This document shows positions 55,941-64,000 of a stretch of 64,000 nucleotides of DNA, in pieces. Each line of letters begins with the position of its first letter. Position 1 is the stretch's first letter. The notes beneath the pieces were generated by a model that was given only the letters and a program-made list of their open reading frames with translations, did not search any database and was not told where the DNA came from. The DNA comes from Alphaproteobacteria bacterium (GTDB lineage Bacteria; Pseudomonadota; Alphaproteobacteria; CALKHQ01), in the NCBI GenBank assembly GCA_965227515.1, contig CBDDFZ010000002.1:672001-736000 (forward strand), in the 5' to 3' direction. The position numbers and the translations under genes were made by a program.

Positions 55941-57350
55941 ATGTCCTCCCGCACCGAACAGAATTCCGACGACCTGGCGTTCGCCAGCATCGCCGAACTG
56001 GCGCCGCGGCTGCGTGACGGCTGCTTGTCGCCGGTGGCGCTGACCGAGGCGGTGCTTGCCCGCTGCGACCGCCATGGCGAGGCGCTCAATTGCTACATCA
56101 CGCGGATGGACGATGCCGCGCGGGCCGCCGCCAAGGCGTCGGAGGCACGGCAGCGCGCGGGTAAGCTGCTGAGCCCGCTCGACGGCATTCCGCTCGCCAT
56201 CAAGGACTGCCTGTACACCGCCGGCACGCTGACCAGCTTCGGCTCGCCGCTGTTCGCGGACTTCGTGCCAGACGAGGATGCGACCGTGGTCGCGACCCTG
56301 AAGGCGGCCGGCGCGGTGCACATCGGCAAGACCAATTTGCACGAGATCACCACCGGCACCACCAGCAGCAACCCGTATCACGGTCCGGTGCGCAATCCGT
56401 GGGACACCAGCCGTCATCCCGGCGGGTCCAGCGGCGGCACCGCGGCGGCGGTCGCGGCCGGGCTCGCCATCGGGGGGCTGGGCACCGATACCGGCGGCTC
56501 GATCCGCCAGCCGGCGGCGGTCACCGGCATTGTCGGCCTGAAGCCGACCTATGGCCGGGTCAGCAAGTACGGCTGCCTGCCGGTCTCGTGGTCGATGGAC
56601 CATGTCGGCCCGATGACCCGCTCGGTCGCCGATGCCGCCATCATGCTGCAGGTTCTGGCCGGGGCCGACCCGCGCGACCCGACCACCGCCGACCGCACGG
56701 TGCCCGACTTCTCGGCCGAGATCGGGCGCACGCTGGAGGGTGCGCGCATCGGGGTGCTCGACAGCTATTTCGACGACTGCGAGGACGAGGTCGCCCAGCA
56801 GGTGACCGCCGCGATTGCGCGCATGGAGGCGGCCGGCGCCAAGGTTGCCGATGTGGCCTGGCCGGACCGGCATCTGGTGCACGCCGCCGGGGTGATCATC
56901 CTGTCGTCGGAACTGGCGACCTATCACGCCAAGCGCTTCGTCGAGGAGCGGGCGTCCTACAGCGACGACGTCTCCCCGATGATCGAGACCGGCGGCTGGG
57001 TGACCGCGCGCCAGCACTTGCAGGCGCAGCGGCTGCGCGCGGTGCTGGGGGCCCAGGTTGCCGGCCTGTTCGCGGACTTCGACGCCTTCGTGCTGCCGTC
57101 GACCCCGGTCACGGCGACGCCGATCGGCACCGAGCCGGACGGCCACCCGGTGCTGCGCGGGCGCAACACCATTCCCTTCAACCTGCTGGGGCTGCCGGCC
57201 ATCTCGCTGCCGTGCGGCTGGACCACCGGCGGGTTGCCGGTCGGCTTGCAGATGGTGGGTGCGGCGTTCGAGGAAGCGGAACTGATCGGCCTGGCGGCCG
57301 CGTTCGAGGCCCTGGAGGGCCCAAACCGGCGTAGACCGGAAATTCAATAG
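55941..57350 (+). CDS. Amidase signature family enzyme
   Basis: IAIKD-type Lys (LAIKD), GKTNLHE, PGGSSGG, GTDTGGSIRQPA, GLKPTYGRVS, GLPVGLQ. Confidence 0.95.
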   Translation: MSSRTEQNSDDLAFASIAELAPRLRDGCLSPVALTEAVLARCDRHGEALNCYITRMDDAARAAAKASEARQRAGKLLSPLDGIPLAIKDCLYTAGTLTSFGSPLFADFVPDEDATVVATLKAAGAVHIGKTNLHEITTGTTSSNPYHGPVRNPWDTSRHPGGSSGGTAAAVAAGLAIGGLGTDTGGSIRQPAAVTGIVGLKPTYGRVSKYGCLPVSWSMDHVGPMTRSVADAAIMLQVLAGADPRDPTTADRTVPDFSAEIGRTLEGARIGVLDSYFDDCEDEVAQQVTAAIARMEAAGAKVADVAWPDRHLVHAAGVIILSSELATYHAKRFVEERASYSDDVSPMIETGGWVTARQHLQAQRLRAVLGAQVAGLFADFDAFVLPSTPVTATPIGTEPDGHPVLRGRNTIPFNLLGLPAISLPCGWTTGGLPVGLQMVGAAFEEAELIGLAAAFEALEGPNRRRPEIQ

Positions 57351-57369
57351 GCGGACTTGGGGGGACACC

Positions 57370-57445
57370 AAAAAAAAACGGTCGCCGAAGCGACCGTTTG
57401 AGTTTGGAGAGGAGGTTGGGAGACCAGATTCGCCACCACAGCGCA
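57370..57445 (-). ncRNA. Candidate small RNA (suhB/MmgR-like) with anti-SD motif and its own terminator
   Basis: Minus strand reads ...UCUCCCAACCUCCUCUCCAAACUCAAACGGUCGC-UUCG-GCGACCGUUUUUUUUU; no minus-strand CDS upstream to terminate; 5' end is a guess. Confidence 0.55.
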
Positions 57446-57583
57446 TCGTGTCGGAAAGTCATATCGGCACCAACTGGGGCGCTCGGGTGGCAATGCTGGG
57501 ACCATGTCGCGATGGAATCGGCCGATTGAGGGGCGGGGCATCGCGCGGGCGACGTGCGATCGATAAGGGAACCACCTGAGACC

Positions 57584-60244
57584 ATGACGAAATTCGTTTA
57601 CGGCTTCGGTATCGACGGCGCTGAGGGCGATGGCAGCCAGCGCAATTTGTTGGGCGGCAAGGGCGCCAACCTGGCGGAGATGGCGCGGCTCGGCCTGCCG
57701 GTGCCGCCGGGCTTCACCATCACGACCGAGGTGTGCACGGCCTATACCGCCGCCGACGGCGCCTATCCGGACGCATTGGCGGCGCAGGTGGATGCAGCAC
57801 TGGCGGACCTGGAAACCGCGATGGACCGCAAGTTCGGCGATCCGGCGCGCCCGCTGCTGGTCTCCGTGCGCTCCGGCGCGCGGGTCTCGATGCCCGGCAT
57901 GATGGACACGGTCCTCAACCTCGGCCTCAACGACGACACCGTGGCCGGGCTGGCCGAAGGCGGCGGCGCGCGCTTCGCGTGGGACAGCTATCGCCGCTTC
58001 ATCCAGATGTACGGCAACGTGGTGCTGGGCGTTCCGCACGATCTGTTCGAGCAGCAACTCGAGATCATGAAGGAGAGCCGCAATCTGCTGATGGACACCG
58101 ATGTCGAGGCCGAGGACTGGCAGGCGCTGGTGGGCGACTACAAGGCGCTGGTGGCCGAGCGCACCGGCCAGGACTTTCCCACCGACCCGCGCACCCAGCT
58201 TTGGGGCGCCATCTCCGCGGTGTTCCGGAGCTGGATGACCCCGCGCGCCATCGCCTATCGCAGCCTGAACGACATCCCCGAGCATTGGGGTACCGCCGTC
58301 AACGTGCAGGCGATGGTGTTCGGCAACATGGGCGAGGACTGCTGCACCGGCGTCGCCTTCACCCGCGATCCCTCCACCGGCACCAACACGATCTATGGCG
58401 AGTACCTGGTCAACGCCCAGGGCGAGGACGTGGTGGCCGGCATCCGCACCCCGCATCCGATCACGGTCGCCGCGCGCGAGGCCATCGGCTCGCAGGCGCC
58501 GGCGATGGAGGAGGAGAATGCGGGCCTGTTCGTCGAGTTGCGTGACGTGTGCGGGCGGCTGGAGAAGCACTTCCGCGACATGCAGGACATCGAGTTCACG
58601 GTGGAGCGCGGCCACCTCTACATGCTGCAGACCAGGACCGGCAAACGTTCGGCCGCGTCGGCGGTGCACATCGCGGTCGACATGGTGGACGAGGGGCTGA
58701 TCACCAAGCCGGAGGCGATTGCCCGCATCGACCCGGAGGCGCTGGACCAGCTCCTCCACCCGACGCTGGACCCCGATGCGCCGCGCGAACTGCTGGCGAA
58801 GGGCCTGCCGGCGTCGCCCGGCTCGGCGTCGGGCATCGTGGTGTTCAACGCCACCGAGGCGGCGGATCGCGCGGCCACCGGCGAGGCGGTGATCCTGGTC
58901 CGCACCGAGACCAGCCCGGAAGACATTCATGGCATGCATGCCTCCCAGGCGATCCTGACCGCGCGCGGCGGCACCACCAGCCACGCTGCCCTGGTGGCGC
59001 GGGGCATGGGGCGCCCGTGCGTGGCCGGTGCCGGCGACGTGCGCATCGACGAGGCGGCCGGGGAGATGCGGGTCGCCGACGTGGTTGTGAAGGCCGGCGA
59101 GCCGATCACCGTCGATGGCGCCAGCGGCGAGGTCTACATCGGCACCATCCCCACCGTGCTGCCGCAGATGTCGGGCGCGTTCGAGCGCATCATGGGCTGG
59201 GCCGACGAGTTGCGCCGCATGGGCGTGCGCGCCAATGCCGAGACGCCGGACGATGCGCGGGTGGCGCGCGACTTCGGCGCCGAGGGCATCGGGCTCTGCC
59301 GCACCGAGCATATGTTCTTCGAGGCCGATCGCATCGTGGCGGTGCGCGAGATGATTATGGCCACCGACGAGGCGGGGCGCCGGGCCGCACTGGCCAAGAT
59401 CGCGCCGATGCAGCGCGCCGACTTCATCGAGTTGTTCCGCATCATGGGATCCCGGCCGGTAACGATCCGCCTGCTGGATCCGCCGCTGCACGAGTTCCTG
59501 CCGAAGTCCGACGCCGACATGGCGGAGGTGGCGGCGGCCATCGGCTGCAGCCCGGACGAGGTGCGCGGCCGCGCCGCAGCACTCACCGAGCTGAACCCGA
59601 TGCTGGGCCATCGTGGCTGCCGGCTCGCCATCACCTACCCGGAGATCTACGAGATGCAGGCGCGCGCGGCGCTGGAGGCGGCATGCCAGGTGCGTGCCGA
59701 CGATGGCATCGCCGTGGTGCCGGAGATCATGATCCCGCTGGTCGCGACCAGGAAGGAACTGGCGATCCTGCGCGCGTTGGTGGAGCGTGTGGCCGAGGAG
59801 GTGATCGCCGCCCACGGCCCGCTCGACCACCACATCGGCACGATGATCGAGCTGCCGCGCGCCGCGATCTGCGCCGGCGACATCGCGGCGGAGGCGGCGT
59901 TCTTCAGCTTCGGCACCAACGACCTGACCCAGACCACGCTGGGCATCTCGCGCGACGACGCCGCCCACTTCATCAAGAGCTACGAGACCCAGGCGATCTA
60001 CGAGCGCAATCCGTTCGTCAGCATCGACGTCGACGGTGTCGGCGCGCTGGTGCGGATGGCGGCGGAGGCGGGGCGGGCGGCCAATGCGCGCCTCAAGCTG
60101 GGCATCTGCGGCGAGCACGGCGGCGACCCGGCGTCCATCGCGTTCTGCGAGGAGGTCGGCCTCGACTACGTGTCCTGCTCGCCGTACCGGGTGCCGATCG
60201 CCAGGTTGGCGGCGGCCCAGGCCGCGATCGCCTCGGCGCGGTGA
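57584..60244 (+). CDS. ppdK: Pyruvate, phosphate dikinase
   Basis: LGGKGANLAEM, SVRSGA..SMPGMMDTVLNLG, GGTTSHAA (phospho-His), SFGTNDLTQ, GICGEHGGDP. Confidence 0.98.
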   Translation: MTKFVYGFGIDGAEGDGSQRNLLGGKGANLAEMARLGLPVPPGFTITTEVCTAYTAADGAYPDALAAQVDAALADLETAMDRKFGDPARPLLVSVRSGARVSMPGMMDTVLNLGLNDDTVAGLAEGGGARFAWDSYRRFIQMYGNVVLGVPHDLFEQQLEIMKESRNLLMDTDVEAEDWQALVGDYKALVAERTGQDFPTDPRTQLWGAISAVFRSWMTPRAIAYRSLNDIPEHWGTAVNVQAMVFGNMGEDCCTGVAFTRDPSTGTNTIYGEYLVNAQGEDVVAGIRTPHPITVAAREAIGSQAPAMEEENAGLFVELRDVCGRLEKHFRDMQDIEFTVERGHLYMLQTRTGKRSAASAVHIAVDMVDEGLITKPEAIARIDPEALDQLLHPTLDPDAPRELLAKGLPASPGSASGIVVFNATEAADRAATGEAVILVRTETSPEDIHGMHASQAILTARGGTTSHAALVARGMGRPCVAGAGDVRIDEAAGEMRVADVVVKAGEPITVDGASGEVYIGTIPTVLPQMSGAFERIMGWADELRRMGVRANAETPDDARVARDFGAEGIGLCRTEHMFFEADRIVAVREMIMATDEAGRRAALAKIAPMQRADFIELFRIMGSRPVTIRLLDPPLHEFLPKSDADMAEVAAAIGCSPDEVRGRAAALTELNPMLGHRGCRLAITYPEIYEMQARAALEAACQVRADDGIAVVPEIMIPLVATRKELAILRALVERVAEEVIAAHGPLDHHIGTMIELPRAAICAGDIAAEAAFFSFGTNDLTQTTLGISRDDAAHFIKSYETQAIYERNPFVSIDVDGVGALVRMAAEAGRAANARLKLGICGEHGGDPASIAFCEEVGLDYVSCSPYRVPIARLAAAQAAIASAR

Positions 60245-61431
60245 CGCCACAGGTGGCCGGCGCGGACGATGGCCTGGCCGCGCGAGGCCATGGCCGCCGT
60301 GCCTGCCGGGTCGTCCAGCAGCGCCGCCACCTGGTCCGGCAGCGCCTCTATGGCGGTCCAGCGGTACTGCGCGATGGCGTCGTCGGTGGCGAATAGCTCG
60401 TCGTAGTAGGTGCTGCGGTCGCTGACAGCGGCGGCGCCATTGGCCATGGCGGTGAACACCCGCTCGTGGCCGCCGGCCAGGAAGTTGCAGTTGGTGCCCA
60501 GCGAGACGCGGGCGCGTTGCAGCAACTCCAGCGTCTCGGCGGTCGACCCCTCGCCGCCGAAGGTGAACGAGGGCCAGTCCGCCGCCATGCCGGCATAGCC
60601 ATTGCCATAGACATGGACGGGCAGGTCGGCCGCCGCCATCGCATCGAGGCAGGCATGGCGCCGCGCGGCGCGCAGGTAACTCTCGAGCATCGCGACCAGC
60701 GACCACGAACGGGCGAGCATCGTATCGTCGGCATCGAGGCCCAGGCCGGCAAGGGCATTCGCGAAGGCGCGGTCGGCCGGCAGGGTGTCGTCGTCCTCGG
60801 CCAGGTCGGCGGCGGCATCCAGCACCAGCCGCGCCGCATCGGGTGCGGCGTGCCAGTTGCGCTGCGGCGGCCCGGAATAGGTACCGGTGAACAGGATCGG
60901 GATATCGCGGCGGCGCCAGTCCTCGGCCGGCACCCGCGTCACCGTCTCCGGCGCCTCGACGCCCGCCGCTGGCAGAAACAGCGGATCGGCCGCCGCCGCG
61001 CATGGGCGTGTGCGGCGCAGGTAGGCGACATGGCTGCGGTCCAGGCAGGCGATGGCGCCGGTGCCCATCGGCCGCAGCAGTCGCTTGAACTGGTAGGCCG
61101 GGTGGTCCAGCAAGGCGGCGACGTAGGGCACGCCGGCAACATCGATGGTGTTGCGGTCGCCGATCTGGGTGTCGTGACCGATGGCGTTGAAGGCGAAGGC
61201 GAGGTCGGGCCCGGCCTTCAGCGCGCCGATGAGTGCCGCGTTGTCGGCGGCCTCGTCCCCGGTGCCGAGGTCGACGACCTCGACCGCATGGCCAATGGTG
61301 CGGAACCCTGCGGCCAGATGATCGACGTTGTGGCGCACCGCGCCGTACTGCGACCGGCCCTTCAGCATGAGAATGCGCCATTGGCTGGTGGCGGCTGGCG
61401 AGGCGTCAATGGATTCGCGGACGGCGGACAA
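60166..61431 (-). CDS. Glycosyltransferase (CgeB/DUF3880, Glyco_trans_1_2-like)
   Basis: LDHP, ILFTGTY, R...L....LPVHVYGNG, HERVFTAMANGA, HLWRHRA C-terminus; TTG start uncertain. Confidence 0.75.
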   Translation of the reverse strand: MSAVRESIDASPAATSQWRILMLKGRSQYGAVRHNVDHLAAGFRTIGHAVEVVDLGTGDEAADNAALIGALKAGPDLAFAFNAIGHDTQIGDRNTIDVAGVPYVAALLDHPAYQFKRLLRPMGTGAIACLDRSHVAYLRRTRPCAAAADPLFLPAAGVEAPETVTRVPAEDWRRRDIPILFTGTYSGPPQRNWHAAPDAARLVLDAAADLAEDDDTLPADRAFANALAGLGLDADDTMLARSWSLVAMLESYLRAARRHACLDAMAAADLPVHVYGNGYAGMAADWPSFTFGGEGSTAETLELLQRARVSLGTNCNFLAGGHERVFTAMANGAAAVSDRSTYYDELFATDDAIAQYRWTAIEALPDQVAALLDDPAGTAAMASRGQAIVRAGHLWRHRAEAIAAWAAANLAIGTRYGEQDT

Positions 61432-61654
61432 GGGTGGTGCCTCGATTGGTTGAAGTGTGGGCGCTGCAAGGGCGCATCAATGGCCTAGCAGCGCGTGCTT
61501 TCGATCGCGTTAACTATAGTTTCGGCGCAACTCCGGGTTTTACTGATTATGGTTAATAGTCGCGTTCGCTGTCTTAAGGTTTTGTTTGCCAATTTCGATC
61601 CGGGTTGCTAGCATTTCCGCCATGTACGGAAGCCGCTCATATCTGGCATTCAGG

Positions 61655-61888
61655 ATGATGCGCATGCTCGGCATCCTGCTGATGCTGGCCTTCATGCTGG
61701 TCGCCTGCGGGCGCGGCTATGACGAGGCCGCGGTGCCGGATACGGTGCTGCTGCCGGGTGAGCAGGTGACGGAGCGGTGGTGCTACCGCACGCTTGGGCC
61801 CCCGGAATGCTACATGGAGCCCCAGGTCGGCGAGGCCAACCGGCTGGTCGTCATCGAGTTCGAGGACGAAGGCACCGTCGCGTTCTGA
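61655..61888 (+). CDS. Small lipoprotein
   Basis: Lipobox LVAC; WCYRTLGPPECY motif with a Cys pair. Confidence 0.7.
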   Translation: MMRMLGILLMLAFMLVACGRGYDEAAVPDTVLLPGEQVTERWCYRTLGPPECYMEPQVGEANRLVVIEFEDEGTVAF

Positions 61889-62012
61889 TCGGACGTTATC
61901 TTACCGGCCGTCACCTGACCGGACAGCCGGCACGGCAGAGTTCCGCCGCGTTTGTCAGCGGTTCTTCAATGCTTGTGCTGTAATGACATCCCTTTGTAAT
62001 GTCCGGCCCGCC

Positions 62013-62726
62013 ATGACACGCATCCTGCTGTTCCTCATCGCCATGCTCGCCTTTGCCGCCGAGGCAATGGCGCAGTCCGCACCGTCGTCTGCCGGCGGGG
62101 TCTATCGCTGGTACGTCAATGCCGCGAACGATGGCGACCCCGAAGCGCAGTTCATGCTGGGCCTGCAATACGAGCAGGGTTTCCGTGGCGAGGCGGAACT
62201 GGCCGAAGCGATGGACTGGTACATGCGCGCGGCGGAGAACGGCCATCCCCTGGCGCAATACCGGCTCGGCCTGTTGTTGCAGCGCGGCGCCGTCGGTCCG
62301 CCGGATGCCGAGGCCGCGCGGCGCTGGTTCTCGGCCGCCGCCGACCAGGGCCTGTCCGAGGCCGCCTACAACATGGCCTACATGCTGGAGACCGGGCAGG
62401 GCGGGGCGCCCGATCTGGCCCGCGCGGTCGACCTTTACAGGCTCGCCGCCAACCAGGGCCTGGAAGTCGCCTGGTACAATCTGGGCGGCCTGCTGGCGGT
62501 GTGGCCGGGCGCGCCCGACGACGATGTGGAGGCCTATATGTGGCTGCATCGCGCCGTCGGCGCTGGCATCGACGGTGCACTGGCACTGCGCGAGCGGCTG
62601 GCGCAGCGGATGACGCCCGACATGGTGGCCGAGGCGCGTGCGCTGGCATCGGCCGATTTGGCGGGCGATCTGGGGGCCGATTTGGGGGGCGATCCGCCCG
62701 CCGAAACCTTGCCCGTCGCCGAATAG
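62013..62726 (+). CDS. Secreted Sel1-like repeat protein
   Basis: Signal peptide; repeats A..GD.EAQF.LG..Y..G, AAENGH..AQY.LG, AADQGL..A.YN, AANQG. Confidence 0.9.
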   Translation: MTRILLFLIAMLAFAAEAMAQSAPSSAGGVYRWYVNAANDGDPEAQFMLGLQYEQGFRGEAELAEAMDWYMRAAENGHPLAQYRLGLLLQRGAVGPPDAEAARRWFSAAADQGLSEAAYNMAYMLETGQGGAPDLARAVDLYRLAANQGLEVAWYNLGGLLAVWPGAPDDDVEAYMWLHRAVGAGIDGALALRERLAQRMTPDMVAEARALASADLAGDLGADLGGDPPAETLPVAE

Positions 62727-62740
62727 AGTGCTTTTCCGTT

Positions 62741-62828
62741 GATCTGCACCGGCCCTCACCCCCACCCGGCCACCCACGGCAGTATCCTGATTGGGTGGCC
62801 GGGTGGGGGTGAGGGCTGGCGCAGACTC
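62741..62828. repeat. Hairpin element, copy 2 (inverted relative to 54344-54431)
   Basis: gccctcacccccacccggccaccca-cggcagtatcctgat-tgggtggccgggtgggggtgagggc. Confidence 0.9.
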
Positions 62829-62884
62829 CGCGAAAGCGAAAAACGATCTGGTCGCCTGCCGCAACCGCACGCGGCACGACATCC

Positions 62885-64000
62885 GTGAAGATCCTCGTCT
62901 ACGGCCTCAACCACGCACCCGAACTGACCGGCGTCGGCAAGTTCACCGGCGAGATGGTGGCGTCCCTGGCCGCGCGCGGCCATGACGTACGCATCATCAC
63001 CACGCCGCCCTACTACCCCGAATGGCGCATCCATGACGGGTTTCGGCGCTGGTGGTGGGCACGGGAACGGCGCGACGGCGTGCGCGTGTTGCGTTGCCCG
63101 TTCTATGTGCCGCGCCGGCCGACCGGGAAGAAGCGGGCAATCCATCTGGCATCGTTCGCGATGACGAGTTGGCCGGCGGCGCTGTGGAAGGGCCTGTTCT
63201 GGCGGCCGCACGTGGTGATGGCGGTCGAGCCCACCTTCACCGTCCAGCCGATGGCGCTGGTGGCGTCGCGGCTGGCCGGCGCGGTCTCGTGGCTGCACGT
63301 GCAGGACCTGGAGATCGACGCCGCGTTCGCGCTGGGGCTGATTTCGGCCGATGGCCGGGCGGCGCGGACGATCCGTGCGCTGGAACGACGGCTGCTGCGC
63401 TGCTTCCACCGCATCACCACCATCACCCCGAACATGGCGGCGCGGCTGGCGGAAAAGGCGCCGACCCGCAATCCCATCGGGCAGCTGCCGAACTGGGTCG
63501 ACACCAAGGCGATCCACCCGTTACCGGCCGACGATGGCGTGGTGACGGCCCTGCGCCGGGGGTGGGGCGTCGCGCCCGACGGCGTGGTCGCCCTCTACAG
63601 CGGCAACCTCGGCGAGAAACAGGGGCTTGAGGATCTGGTCGAGGCGGCGCGGCGCCTGCGCGACCGCGACGACGTGTTCTGGGTCATCTGCGGCGAGGGC
63701 AGTGCCCGCGCCCGGCTGGAGCAAGCGGCGGCGGACCTGGGGCATGTGCAGTTCATCGACCTGCAGCCGCTCGACAGGCTGAACGCCCTGCTCGGCGCCG
63801 CCGACATCCACATGCTGCCGCAGCGTGCCGAAGCCGCCGACCTGGTGATGCCGTCCAAGCTGGGCGGCATGCTGGCCAGCGGCCGGCCGGTGGTCGCCGC
63901 GGCGGTGCCGGACACTCAGCTTGGCCGCGCCGTGGAGGGCTGCGGTACCGTGGTGCCGCCGGGCGAGCCGGCGGCCTTGGCGGACGCCGTGCGCGATCTG
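62885..64000 (+). CDS. wcaI: WcaI-family GT4 glycosyltransferase (3' end outside the window; absent from the ORF track)
   Basis: Manual translation from GTG 62885: MKILVYGLNHAPELTGVGKFTGE..PPYYPEW..RCPFYVP..LHVQDLEIDAAF..PNWVD..YSGNLGEKQGL..MPSKLGGMLASGRP. Confidence 0.9.
   Translation, partial: MKILVYGLNHAPELTGVGKFTGEMVASLAARGHDVRIITTPPYYPEWRIHDGFRRWWWARERRDGVRVLRCPFYVPRRPTGKKRAIHLASFAMTSWPAALWKGLFWRPHVVMAVEPTFTVQPMALVASRLAGAVSWLHVQDLEIDAAFALGLISADGRAARTIRALERRLLRCFHRITTITPNMAARLAEKAPTRNPIGQLPNWVDTKAIHPLPADDGVVTALRRGWGVAPDGVVALYSGNLGEKQGLEDLVEAARRLRDRDDVFWVICGEGSARARLEQAAADLGHVQFIDLQPLDRLNALLGAADIHMLPQRAEAADLVMPSKLGGMLASGRPVVAAAVPDTQLGRAVEGCGTVVPPGEPAALADAVRDL

Noticed and set aside
55941-57350. 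Amidase as gatA
   Set aside because: No gatB; GKTNLHE instead of the GatA-type NMDEF; lacks the SNLARYDG motif
57344-61381. 1345-aa minus-strand ORF
   Set aside because: Antisense to ppdK and out of frame with the glycosyltransferase; Arg/Gly/Ala-rich with no domain signal

Overview
A high-GC alphaproteobacterial chromosome segment (Rhodospirillales-like gene order, by inference) with about 55 genes. I saw no rRNA, tRNA, CRISPR array, transposase or phage genes. Housekeeping blocks: HDAC-xseB-ispA, glmU-glmS with divergent gph, dinG, trpF, an EF-G paralogue, ppdK, an RND pump followed by potBCA, scattered glycan-modification genes, and a 1888-aa TipN/GPR-like polar scaffold. The best candidate for an undescribed system is the co-oriented locus at 18204-24173: TPR + Slam-like outer-membrane barrel, a 105-aa secreted orphan, ECF sigma factor, a Zn-ligand-less anti-sigma whose periplasmic domain looks like a subtilisin prodomain, a secreted subtilase and an MbnH/MauG-type di-haem enzyme with no MbnP. 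Other notable items: a candidate suhB/MmgR-like sRNA (~57370-57445, minus strand), seven palindromic REP/MITE-like elements from about six families, several 12-18 bp tandem duplications (one forms a 4x GANTC array), a pseudo-phosphoesterase, and an amidase with an AtzG/GatC-like small partner. All calls come from reading motifs by eye; no database searches were run.
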